Shown here in pieces: positions 48,726 to 61,700 of a DNA stretch of 64,000 nucleotides. This stretch comes from Saccostrea cucullata. Its lineage: Eukaryota. The translations under genes and the position numbers were made by a program. Each line of letters begins with the position of its first letter. Positions within the stretch are counted from its first letter, which is position 1. The DNA lies in contig NW_026933222.1 in NCBI RefSeq assembly GCF_032062105.1, positions 186,001 to 250,000 of the forward strand, read 5' to 3'. The notes under the pieces are model-generated. The model was not told where the DNA came from and did not search any database. It saw nothing but the letters and a program-made list of their open reading frames with translations.

Positions 48726-51700
48726 ATGGAAGCAGAAGATCAAGTGGTAGCTGGGGAAGTGGTCAGTGATGATGAAGAGGTAAGGCTTGTTTCTAAAATG
48801 GTCAATAAAGAAAAATATCATGTCATTGTTTTAAAGGAACGAGAAAGGAAATAGCTATTGTATTGACTTTTACACAATTATTGTTAAGAAAGGTATAAAT
48901 TCGCTTACGTTTATATTTCTTATTTAGGAATCTTTATATCAAGACATAGATCTCCTTCAGAACCATGGTATAGTAAGTATTTGAAAAAATATTTTAATAT
49001 GTTAGTTTATAGGCCCTATACTATATTCCTTAGGCCTAAAAAAAAAATATGTTTGTTTCCTGTAACCCGACCGACCCATTCAAATTATCCCGGGTGGATT
49101 TTTTTTCTGACAAATGGCAAAACTTCGTTTGATCAATCAGCTGATTCCATTTATTAAATTTAAAAAAAAATAGCTTGTAGCTTAATTTGAGACATAAAAT
49201 ATGTCAACTTAGTGTACATTTACCTTAAATATAAAGAGTAATCATTATTGTAAGAACAGTTTCCCCCTACAGAATTTCCGACCTACCGACCCTTGATTTT
49301 TTGGGAATGTTACAGGAAACAAACTTATTTTTTTTTAAGCCTTATATTGAAAAATATATAGGATGGACTGGTATTGATATATACAATAGTTTCTAAAAGA
49401 ATATATCAGTAAAGTGTTGCCATAACTGATGTCACACATATTGCCATTCAAACAAATCTTTGATCTTTCAAAAAAAGTCGGGAAAAAATCGTCAAAGTTT
49501 TCGAATGATGTAAAAAGAAAAAAAATATTTTCGATAAGAAGAAAGATTTATGTGAACTGATAGTATTATTTGGTGTTAACATCTACATCTAAGTATTTAA
49601 ATTGAAGAATGTTGCCGACATAAAGAAGTTGAAACAGTCCGGAATATGTACAATCAAGGTGAGATAAATACAGTATGATGAAATGCACACACATGAAGTT
49701 AAGAAAAAAAAGTCCTTTTTTAATTCTTGTGTAATTTTTTTAGCGGAAAATTATACAAAATGAAAAATAATGGATTATTAAAATAAATATTACTGTAGTT
49801 TCTCTGTAAATTCAGGGTATTCAAATGACAACAAAGAAAAAACTTTGCACAATCAAAGGAATATCGGAGGCTAAAATGGAAAAGATCAAGGAAGCATGCA
49901 ACAAGCTCGCTGTAAGTAAAAGTTAACAACTGATAAATTATAAATACTACTAATTTAAAACACATTTTTATAGTAAGCATCTTATGCATTAAAAAAAGAT
50001 ATACCTTTTGTATGTAAACGAAAAAGTTATATTTATTTTACAGGACCCAGGCTTTCTTACTGCCCTTGAGTATGCTGACAAAAGGAAACAGGTGTTTCGT
50101 CTGACCACAGGAAGTCAAGAACTGGAGTAAGCAACAATGGGGACATGCATATTCACTTCCATTTTCCGAATTACTTTTGCACACTTTTGTAGATGATAAA
50201 TTCCTAAAGGGCTAGAAATATTTTTTTTTTAATCTTTAAAGACAACTATATCCTATAGGATCATCTTTAAAATAACGTTTGCTTGTTCTCTCCCGACTCG
50301 GGGTAAAATTATAGGAAAATCTTTTTTCCAGAAAAGAACATATTTGTTGATTTGGATAAGATTAAAAAAAAATATCGCGCCCGGGAATTTAAAAAAAAAA
50401 TTGAGTCGGACAATTTTAGTCGGTCGGGAAAGGGCAACCAAACATTTTTTTATGATGGCCTAGTAATGCAAAAACGGTGTAGTAAAAAGAGAGATCCCCC
50501 CTTTTCCCTTCTCCAGATTATTAGAGAGGGTGTGTATATGAACCTTTGTGTAGATTGAAACTGAAAAAAAAAATACGACGGGAATATCTACGTTCATAAG
50601 TTTTTATAACCTGGAGAAATCTGGTAGTATTTCTGTTGTTTTTACATCTTTTCATATAAAGGTACATAAAGATAACGAACATCGATGGATCTCAAAAAAT
50701 CTACAAACAATACAACTTTCCCCAATTTTTTTTTTATAATGGACATCTTAAATTTATAAATAATTTTTTATTCTAGTCAAGATATTTTCACGTGATACTT
50801 ACAATGAAACAATCATTCAATCATTAGTACAAATTTTTTTTACGCAAGACTCTGCCTGTTTCAGTAGCAGTTTTAAATTTGCTTATAATAATTTTGTATT
50901 ACACTTATAATTTAGAGTTTGTTTTTTTTTCATTTAGCAAACTACTTGGCGGTGGTATAGAAAGTATGGCAATAACTGAAGCATTTGGTGAATTCAGAAC
51001 GGGAAAAACTCAACTATCACACACTTTATGTGGTATGTAAGCACTACAGTGTTTTACAGGCATTAGTACAGTGTACCTCCATCATGGCAAAATTGTTTTG
51101 TAGGAGTTGGGGGTCCCCCAACCACTACAAAACAATTTTGCCATGATCTTTCGTTAATTTGGTCTTTTTCAATTTTTTAATCTTTTTTCTATCTTCTTTT
51201 AATGTTTTGTAATTGATTAGCATGCCGAAGAAATTTGTCAGGAAAGTTGTCTGTCGTTTTAACCCCCCCCCCCCCTCCAACTAGCAGGAACGATGCTAGT
51301 GTCTGTTTTTGTTATATTTTTTTTTGATACAATTATTTCACTTAAATATGCTAAGCGGCTTATGGTTGAGATGGGTTTTTTTTTCAGTGACTACGCAACT
51401 ACCAGGCAATAACGGTTACACAGGAGGCAAAGTTGTCTTCATCGACACAGAAAACACATTGTATCCTTTGGCAGTAACTAATTTTCATGCCGAAATATAT
51501 ATTAAAAAATCATCAGTGCATGGTTTTAAGAACACTTGTACTTGCTTAAACATCCAAAATGATAAATAACTCTAATACAATACAATGTCAAGTCTTCAAA
51601 AAGGGGGTAGTGTCAAACACATATATTTCATGTTTCTCCTTATCAACAATAAAAGTCGACCTGACCGACTTAGAGCTATTGCTGATCGCTTTAATTTGGA

Positions 51701-53086
51701 TCAAAATGCTGTGTTAGACAACGTTTTGTATGCCAGGGCATATACAAGTGAGTAATACTACAATTCGCAAATTCCACTATTGAATTTTATAAACACATAA
51801 ATGATTTATTTCAAACTCTGTGTAAATGTGCTAAAAAACCGTAAGGGATTGAGTAAAAGACAAAACAAAAAACAAGCCAGAAGCTACTGTTATTAAATGA
51901 GTTGATATTAAATTTTCTAATTTTGAAAAGTGCTATCGACTAATTTTGCTTTTTAGGTGAACATCAGTATGAGTTACTGGACTTCGTTGCTGCAAAATTT
52001 TATGAGGAATCGGGGGTTTTTAAACTTTTGGTAAGTTTTTTTTTCTAAAAATAAATATGCAATTTTTATTTGACCAACATTTCATGCTTTCACTTTAACT
52101 ATTTAATTTATTTTCTCGTCAATACAGATAGTGGATTCCATTATGGCACTCTTTCGCGTCGATTTTAGCGGTCGTGGGGAGTTAGCAGATCGGCAGCAAA
52201 AACTTGCACAGATGTTGTCCAGACTTCAAAAAATAGCTGAAGGTAAATCATTTGATTAAATTTAAAGATTTGATAAAAAAGTAGTCGGGTAGAACAGGTA
52301 TTTATTTTCAAATGGGGGGGGGGGGCTGGTGCAGAAGAGGCGCCTCGACGTATGCGTCAAATTGCACAGAGTGTGATTTGGTACGTAAATATCGTTTACT
52401 AATAATTGAATTATTAGAAATTCACATCATGAGAGTATGACAATAACATTTAAGAAATGTTCTGAAAGGGCATTTAGTTTTGTTTCAATAATCCCGATGC
52501 ACAAAATGATCACTATTATTATAGAAAACTAATATGCAAATGATCAACATTCGTTTCAGAATACAATGTTGCCGTTTTTGTTACAAACCAAATGACGGCA
52601 GATCCTGGGGCAACGATGTCGTATGTATATCGACTATATTACCCATTGTTCCCTTATAATTTGGAATTTTTAAGTCGTGTGTAATACTTCAAATAAATTC
52701 GCTGGGTTTCTTGTGCGAGAATTTTATCAGTTTAGAGAATGGAAATTTAGACACTAATTTCTTTAATGTAAAAAAACTTCTTTTTTTTTTCATTTAACAA
52801 GTTTTCAAGCAGATCCCAAGAAACCAATCGGCGGAAACATTCTTGCACACGCTTCTACAACGAGAATCAGTTTGCGGAAGGGGAGAGGCGAAACCAGGAT
52901 TGCTAAAATATATGACAGGTACATGTGTATTACAATGAACTAAGTTCAGATACAATATTTATGGAAAAAAATATCAATGTAATTTTAGTTCCAAGCTTTA
53001 AAATATATTTTTATAGTCCTGACCTCCCAGAAAGCGAGGCGACATTTGCAATAACTGCCGGTGGAATCAATGATGCAAAGGAGTGA
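48726..53086 (+). CDS. DMC1: Meiotic recombinase DMC1. Exons 48726-48779, 48928-48972, 49608-49658, 49816-49911, 50044-50126, 50938-51032, 51388-51460, 51656-51747, 51957-52030, 52128-52242, 52560-52620, 52802-52918, 53017-53086
   Basis: [28 protein letters not shown] (Walker A), [79 protein letters not shown] and RQQKLAQ distinguish DMC1 from RAD51. Confidence 0.97.
49031..49345. mobile_element. MITE in a DMC1 intron; a related-type element lies at ~50254-50462
   Basis: TAGGCCTAAAAAAAAA..TTGTTTCCTGTAAC and GTTACAGGAAACAA..TTTTTTTAAGCCTTA; internal CCGACC motifs. Confidence 0.7.
51461..51655 (+). other. U12-type (minor spliceosome) GT-AG intron in DMC1
   Basis: 5' site GTATCCTTT; branch-point-like TCCTTATC at 51637-51644 close to the AG; no polypyrimidine tract. 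Confidence 0.9.
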
Positions 53087-53499
53087 ACTAGAAGCAAGTC
53101 AAAATAAATCTTGGACTGGGGAGAAATAGCATAATTTAAATTATTTATTTCTGAATGTTTTCATTTTTCTGTTTGTATAATGCAATTATGACGTAAATTA
53201 TTATGATAAATTAAAATATTAAATAAATACTTTTTTTTTGGCATTTGAAATTCTATTTCATAGAACCGTTTAGCTTGCAGGCTCCGTAATCAAGATGCAG
53301 TTTTAGACCCCAGAAATGCGAATAAAACATAGAGTGAAGACATATTTCGGATGATTCCAGCCAGACTGAAAGTTGCAAAGCAGATATAAATTTTAACAAC
53401 AAGCAGTCAAAGTTAAAACAGATTTATTTCATAATTTATATATTAACTTTATGATAAATTGATATATAAGTACATGTACATGAAAAGGAAAATAATTGT

Positions 53500-54065
53500 G
53501 ATCATTTATTTTCCATCGTTTGCCTCCATATTGATTTTGGCCTTTCCTCCTTTTTCCTTCTGGGGTCCATCTAAGTTCCATTCTTGTCATTTCTTGGCTT
53601 TCAATTCTCAAGACATGGCCTATCCATCTCCGCCTGTATTTTCTTAGCAAGATCCTCATGTCTGCTGTTTTTGTTGTTGCTTCATATAAATTCTTGGTAA
53701 TTTTTCCTCAAGATTTTTCTGAGGCACCTGTTATGAGAACTTGATAGTTTGATTATATATATCTTTATGTCATCCTCCCACATTCAGCACCCTACATTAA
53801 ACAGATGGTACACAGCTATTATACAGCTTGATCTTAGTACGTATGCTGAAGCTGTTTGACTTCCATATATTCTTAACACAGGCACTTGTTTTGGAGATAA
53901 AATTTTAACCCATAGTATAATAATAATAACACTGTTAATATTATACTATGGGTTAAATATTTATCTCCAAAACAAGTGCCTGTGATTCTTAAGCTTGACA
54001 AAAAGATCCTCTGGCTTTCCCTAATCTTGCTATTATGTCCTTGTCAGCACCACCATACTGCCATC
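53500..54065 (-). mobile_element. Degenerate RTE-clade LINE 3' fragment
   Basis: RWIGHVLR..LRWTPEGKRRKG, with an upstream GAECG-like remnant. Confidence 0.75.
53877..53984. mobile_element. 108-bp palindromic CACAGG MITE with 8-bp TSD, inserted in the RTE fragment
   Basis: TSD ATTCTTAA at 53869-53876 and 53985-53992; near-perfect hairpin. Confidence 0.9.
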
Positions 54066-54309
54066 AGTAAATTCAAAATATGCAACAAGACAGAAGAAGC
54101 TGACCCTTCTCCAATGGGAGATAATCAAGGAACCGTAAAATAACTGTTGGGTCTTTAAAAATCTTCTCAAGAACCACTGGCCCCAAACAACTTATGTGGA
54201 AGCTCTCTGAGGTAGTATTAATTGATTCTAAATTGTTCAAATATTAATTACTCACGAAGGAAAACATAGGGCCGCAATATAGAATAAAATTTAACAGTAA
54301 GTTTTAGTT

Positions 54310-55565
54310 TTTATTAGCTCTACTGGTCAGAGACCAGAAGAGCTTATGCGATAGTAATGCGTCCGGCGTCCGTCCGTCCGTCCGTCTGTCTAGCTGTCCG
54401 TCTGTCCGTCTGTCTGTAAACAATTTTTCAAAATGCTACTCCTCCTACAGTTTTGATCTAATTTCAATATAACTTGGCACACAAGTAGACTACACTAAGA
54501 TACATAATTCTGTGTATCGGTTTTTGATTTCGATGAACGGTGTTGCCGTGGTTACTAAAAATAGAAATTTCTGTGAAATTCTTTCAAAACGCTACTTCTC
54601 CTACAGTTTTGGTCTGATTTCAGTATAACTTGGCACACAAGTAGACTACACTAAGATACATAATTCTGTATATCGGTTTTTGATTTTGATGAACGGTGTT
54701 GCCGTGGTTACTAAAAATAGAAATTTCTGTGAAATTCTTTCAAAATGCTACTCCTCCTACAGTTTTGGTTTGATTTCATTATAACTTGGCACACAAGTAG
54801 ACTACACTAAGATACATAATTCCATATATCGGTTTTTGATTTCGATGAACAGTGTTGCCGTGGTTACTAAAAATAGAAATTTCTGTGAAATCCTTTCAAA
54901 ATGCTACTCCTCCTACAGTTTTGGTCTGATTTCAGTATTACTTGGCAAACAAATAGAATACACTAAGATACATAATTCTGTGTATCGGTTTTTGATTTTG
55001 ATGAACGGTGTTGCCGTGGTTACTGAAAATAGAAATTTCTAGGAAATTGTTTCAAAATGCTACTCCTCCTACAATTTTGGTCTGATTTCAATATAACTTG
55101 GCACACAAGTAGACTACACTAAGATACATAATTCTGTTTATCGGTTTTTGATTTCGATGAACGTTGTTGCCGTGGTTACTAAAAATAGAAATATCTGTAA
55201 AATTGTTTCAAAATGCTACTCCTCCTACAGTTTTGGTCTGATTTCAATATAACTTGGCACATAAGTAGAATACACTAAGATACATAATTCTGTATATCGA
55301 ATTTTAATTTTGATGAACGGTGTTGCCGTGGTTACTAAAAATAGAAATGTCTGTAAAATTGTTTCAAAATGCTACTCCTCCTACAGTTTTGGTCTGATTT
55401 CAGTATAACTTGGCACACAAGTAGACTACACTAAGAACATAAAGAGACTTTATCAACGATCATTATTCTATTTAGTTTCAAATCCCAGCTGCTTAAGTAC
55501 TTTTCTCCTCCTTTGCTATAAGTTCAAACCAGTAGAGCTGCAGTCTCGACAGAGACTTCTGGTTC
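54310..55565 (+). mobile_element. HINE/Helentron non-autonomous element with ~6.5 x 156-bp tandem repeats
   Basis: Subterminal inverted repeat AGCTCTACTGG / CCAGTAGAGCT, (GTCC)n, repeat units ~156 bp apart from ~54426 to ~55362, 3' hairpin AGTCTC..GAGACT. Confidence 0.9.
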
Positions 55566-56596
55566 ATGATATCAAACATTATAATGTATTTTGCTGTCAT
55601 GACTATACAACCTAGTCTCTTAAACTCAAAGGTAAAAAATAAATGAAATATTTCTTCAAATATTGTATAGGGTCAACATCAACATCAGAATTAAATTGAT
55701 ACAGAAAAATTGAGTATAAAAAATATAATTGATATTACTAGTAATATATTAATATAAAGTCATATATATATCTTTTGATGGACATGGTCCTGTTGTAAAG
55801 AATGTACACAACTAATAAACATAAATTTCAATAAAATCACTACAAGTACAACGAACAGGTATACATGTACAAACTCAATAGGGATACATTAACTACCGGG
55901 TATATCCATGTATGTATAATATACATTGTTACTGTCTTTAAATATAAACAATATTTGGCCGAGGGTAAAAAAAATGTGACAAAGGGCAAGAGTTGACAAG
56001 CCCTCCATCAATTTTCGACCCAAATAACCATATATTTTGATTATCCTGCAACATAATTTACATCTGACCTCCAAAATGAGTTATTTTCAACCTGATTTAG
56101 GCACATCTCTGCAGTTGAATCTGACATATAACATAGCAAAAAAATGCAATATGTATGATGTCACAATGCTATTAGAACATCAGAATGCATACATGAGGCA
56201 TTCTTAGGGCATTGATGAAATAAAGCTTTTGTTTCTTAGTTTACTCGTACCTTTATTAAGTCAATGCAAGGGGTAGTTGCAGGATAAATGAATATTCATG
56301 TATATATTACAAGAAATATGTGCTACACAGATATTTTTCCAATCTAATATCATACTGTTCATATATTTTGCTACCAAATTTTGAATTTTATTACTGCACA
56401 GTATGCTGCAATTTTACCATCTCTGAAAGTGTGCAGGGTTTTTTGTCAGAACTTGGCTGTCATATTTGAACATTTATATAAATGGACTAATACATAATTG
56501 ATACATTCTATATATATTCTAGTTCACAATATCTTCATAAAGTCTCATTAAAAAATAAAATAGCATCAACAATCCATCCTTCACAATGTAAAAAAA

Positions 56597-58571
56597 TCAT
56601 CTTTCAAATTCAGCATACAGTTCATCTATCACAGGCTGAAATGTCTTCCTCAGAACTGGTCTCTTGTTTTTAAAGGTGGGGGTCAGCAAGTTATTCTCAA
56701 GGGAAAATAGTTCGGGAAAAAGATGAATGTTTGCCACCTATAAAAGAAAATTTAATATGAGGCTGGCCTATAATGCACTCTTAGGTAACATTAATCTCTC
56801 TCTGAAATTAATGTTAAAGAGCACTTCCAGCGGGTCACATTCAAAGTCAAAAGTCATATACAGTACCAGCATAACTGTAACAGTGTCTGTAGACATGCTC
56901 CTCAGGAATTTTATATACTGTGAAATCAACAATTTTTGTGGGGGTTAAATTTTGTCGTTTTCAGGGTATGGAGACACCCATGAATTCATGTCCATCAAGA
57001 AATGTCAAATTTTATTTATATATCTATGCAACATCAACATATTCAAATCCCCACAAACCCATTTTTCCCTCAAACCTTAACAAGAGGCCCATGGGCCACA
57101 CCGCTCACCTGAGCACTATTGTAAAGTTTAAATCCTAAAGTTGTCCCATGACCAATCATGGCTTTGCTATTCTTGAGAAAAAGATTTTTTAAGAATTTTT
57201 TCTATATTTCTATGCAAAACTTTGGTCGGCCATTGTGACCCCGCCCTACCCCCGGGGGTCATGATATGAACAAACTTAAATCTACACTTCATGAGGATGC
57301 TTCCATATAAATATGATCAATTATAACTTTGCTATTCTTGAGAAGAAGATTTTTAAAGAATTTTCCTATATATTTCTATGTAAAACTTTGGTTGGCTATT
57401 TTGGCCCCGCCCTACCCCGGGAGTCATGATTTGAACAAACTTGAATCTACACTACCTGAGGATGCTTCCATATAAATATGATCAATTTTGGCTTTGTTAT
57501 TCTTCAGAAGAAGATTTTTAAAGAATTTTCCTACATATTTCTATGCAAAACTTTGGTCGGCCATTGTGGCCCCGCCCTACCCCCGGGGGTCATGATTTGA
57601 GCAGACTTAAATCTACACTACCTGAGGATGCTTCTATATAAATATGATCAATTATGGCTTTGCTATTCTTGAGAAGAAGATTTTTAAAGAATTTTCCTAT
57701 ATATTTCTATGCAAAACTTTGGTCGGCTATTGTGGCCCCGCCCTACCCCCGGGGGTCATGATTTGAACAAACTTGAATCTACACTACCTGAGGATGCTTC
57801 CAAATAAATATGATCAATTATGGTTTTGTTATTCTTGAGAAAAAGATTTTTTAAGAATTTTCCTATATATTTCTATGTAAAACTTTGGTTGGCCATTGTG
57901 GCCCCGCCCTACCCTCGGGGGCCATGATTTGAACAAAATTTAATCTACACTACCTGAGGATGCTTCCATAAAAATATGATCAATTATGGCTTTGCTATTC
58001 TTGAGAAGAAGATTTTTAAAGAATTTTCCTATATATTTCTATGCAAAACTTTGGTCGGCCATTGTGGCCCCGCCCTACCCCCGGGGGTCATGATTTGAAC
58101 ACACTTGAATCTACACTACCTGAGGATGCTTCCAAATAAATATGATCAATTATGGTTTTGTTATTCTTGAGAAGAAGATTTTTAAAGAATTTTCCTATAT
58201 ATTTCTATGCAAAACTTTGGTTGGCCATTGTGGCCCCGCCCTACCCTCGGGGGTCATAATTTGAACAAACTTAAATCTACACTACCTGAGGATGCTTCCA
58301 TATAAATATGATCAATTATGGCTTTGTTATTCTTGAGAAGAAGATTTTTAAAGAATTTTCCTATATATTTCAATGCAAAATTTTGGTCGGCCATTGTGGC
58401 TCTGCCCTACCCCCAGGGGTCATGATTTGAACAAACTTGAATCTACACTATGTAAGGATGTTTCCCCATAAGTTACATCTTTCCTGGCACAGTGGTTCTT
58501 GAGAAGAAGATTTTTAAAGTATACCACCAAATTTTCATTAATTCCCAATTATCTCCCCTTGAATGAGGGCT

Positions 58572-58623
<52 letters not shown>

Positions 58624-58624
58624 G

Positions 58625-58655
<31 letters not shown>

Positions 58656-58711
58656 TGAGAAGAAGTCGAAAATGTGAAAAGTTTACAGACAGACGGACGC
58701 TGGACAAAATG

Positions 58712-58757
<46 letters not shown>

Positions 58758-61700
58758 TTTAACCCACAGAAATATGTGATTTTACAGGACTTCTCTTCAT
58801 TTTTTAAATATCTTCATTTTTAACCTTAAGTCCATGGGAGCATGAAGTGATCAGACTTAAATCTACCTTAAATTGGAAATGCTTTTATATCTCTTTCCAA
58901 TGCAATACAGTTGCCCTTAAATTATATGGAAACCATAGTTTGATCAATTTAGAATCTGGTATATCCAATACATGTTTGTCAACATTACCTGTTCAAATGT
59001 CTTCAGTCCTGCTTCCTTTCCAACTTTTGTTATGTCCTTAAAAATCATTTCTCTGACTTTCTGCAATATGCAAACAACAAAATTTTTTATGAACAAAAAA
59101 GGTTTAAAGTCTTGACAAGACTGAAGCTCTTATTATATGTACAAGGGGGTATTTATAAGTATACTGACACACAAAAGAAACGCAAGCAGTAATCTACAAA
59201 TGTTTGATTTTTTTATCTTATGATTTTCAAAAGCAAATAAAGTAAGGCTAAACTCAATTTTCAGAACATCAGAGATTTAATAAAAATGTTAAATGTTTAT
59301 CTGTTTACTTTACTAAGTAAAATATGACTGTTAAAACACCCCCCTCCCAGCCATTCAAGTGAAACGTGCAAGACTGCCCTAAACAACAATTGCAGCTTAA
59401 TTTCTACGATATGATAGGTTCATTAATATTGATATCTGAGTGAAGGAAATATTCTTTGGGATTTTTAAATGCCCGTTTTTCAGATGATTAGGTCAAATTT
59501 TCTCTAACTTAGAGCAGTGTAGCCACCCTTGGACTTCCGTTACAAGGACTGTCCTTAATGCATATGATACATAAGACCCTGTTGAGGCGTAATGTAGTGA
59601 AATTTCGCATCAGCAACTCTCCATCACCTGTACATTGAAATTTTCCAGCTAGAGCAATGGAAATGCGTACATAAGCCATTTTCAAGTAGCCTTAGCATCG
59701 TTATGGGAAACGAAAGGAGAGTTTATTTTTTGAAATATTGCTGCATTACTTATGATGAACAGTAAAAAACCCTTAAAACTCCATAATATTGCCAAATGTT
59801 TTGTTAAACATGCAAATTTTGATTTCTGTTAAGCAGACTCAAACTTGACTTCCGGTTATGGTATGGAAATCGTTCAACCGTTAAATTACCGATGTTTACC
59901 AAATTGACGATATTCATAATTCTAAGATACAAAATTCTTTACTTTACATAATAATTTCCCCCTAAAGTAGGGTGTTGCGTTTCTTTTGCGTGTCAGTATA
60001 TTTTTTTCTCTTTGAAAAGATTTTTTTAAAAATATCTCTGTTCTCTTGCACTTTTACTGGAATATTGGTTATATATTTAACTTTGTGTGCCATGCTTCAT
60101 TTTTCCTTTTCAAAATAACTGACTTGGAATGATCAGTATACCTTATTTTTACAGAGTTCTTCCATGTCTGGTGACATTCCCTGTTCTTTGGCCCATCCTG
60201 GCATGACCTCAGGGTCAGGTACAATTATCCCCACCACATTATTCTGTACAAAGAAAAGCCAAAGATAACACATTTTTAATATAATGTGCTTTTTATTTAA
60301 TATGAAACTTTTTAAGTTTTGGTTCTCATGAATACTAAACTATACCATAAATCTGCCTCATATACTGAAAAATACTGCATACAGTAAAACTCGGTTATAA
60401 CGAAATCATTGGGACCTAGAAGTCACTGGGACCTATAAAATTACTTCGCTATATCCATAATTCGTTATATAAATATAAGGAATTAGTTAAATTTATATAA
60501 CTGGGAATCCAAAATAATTTGAAAGTTCGCTATATCCGTGAATTTTCAATATCTGTGTTCGTACTAAACAAGTTTTGCTGTAAGTAAGTAACAGATGTTT
60601 ATTTAAGAGCATCTTTAATGCACAAAATGTGATCTTACCTTCAGACTGTTTCCATCTACAAATGCCTGAGCAACAAATCTACTTCTGGTATAACAATTTT
60701 CTATCTTCTCTGTAGCAATGTATTCTCCCTACAATTGTAATTCAAGCTTGAGATAATGAGTTTGGCCATCCTGTGAAAATTTTAATCCCAACACCACTGG
60801 TTCCATAGAAATTGCTGGATTAGACGAACTTTTAAATCACAGAATTTACTGAAAGGGACTTATAATTATGATCCTATTAAACAAGATCTTGGAATAAACA
60901 ACAACCAGGTAACACAAGTTTTACTGTATTTTAGATTGCTTAGCTACTAATTTTATGGGTTTATAAATATATATATATATTTTCATTGAACTACTGCCCT
61001 TTATTTCAAGACTGAGTGACAAGCTATTTCCTATATCCAAAAATCGTTAGGACACAAATTTACCTGAGAAAGTTTAAATATGTTCTTCTTTCTATCAATA
61101 ATTTTCAGTGTTCCATTCTGAAATGAAAGTATATTATTTTGACTGCCATTTTGGAAAAGAATAATAATCTCTGTTACACTGTTATGGATGTATAAATGCA
61201 ACTTCAAGATGCCTAAGACATTGCGAAGTAAATCTGAAATGAGAGACTATATTTACTGGTAACCACTGGCCAATATCTCCTGTGTGAAGCCAGCCATCAT
61301 CATCTATAGTTTCCTTTGTCTTCTCTTCATTCTTGTAATATCCAATGAAGGTACTGGGACTGTAACTGCAAATCTAGTAGAAAAGAACAGAAAATATTCA
61401 TTGTACTTCACAGTGTACTCCTCTTTATATGATATGAAACTAAGTAAAAGAAAAAAGAGGTACTATGTACCTTACTAATACCTGAATTTCATCTGTGTGA
61501 ACTTTCATGTACAATGGTATGATTCCAATTTTGAACAATCAAATTTTGAAAACTGTGAACAAACTTTTTTTATAGCGGGATTTTAATTCAGTGGAATCAC
61601 AATTTCTGTTTGCTCCATGATTAGAAAATTATGCAGATTTTTGGGATTGTCATTATAATTCCTTAATGCATTTCTAGTACACTTTGACAAATTTCAAAGG

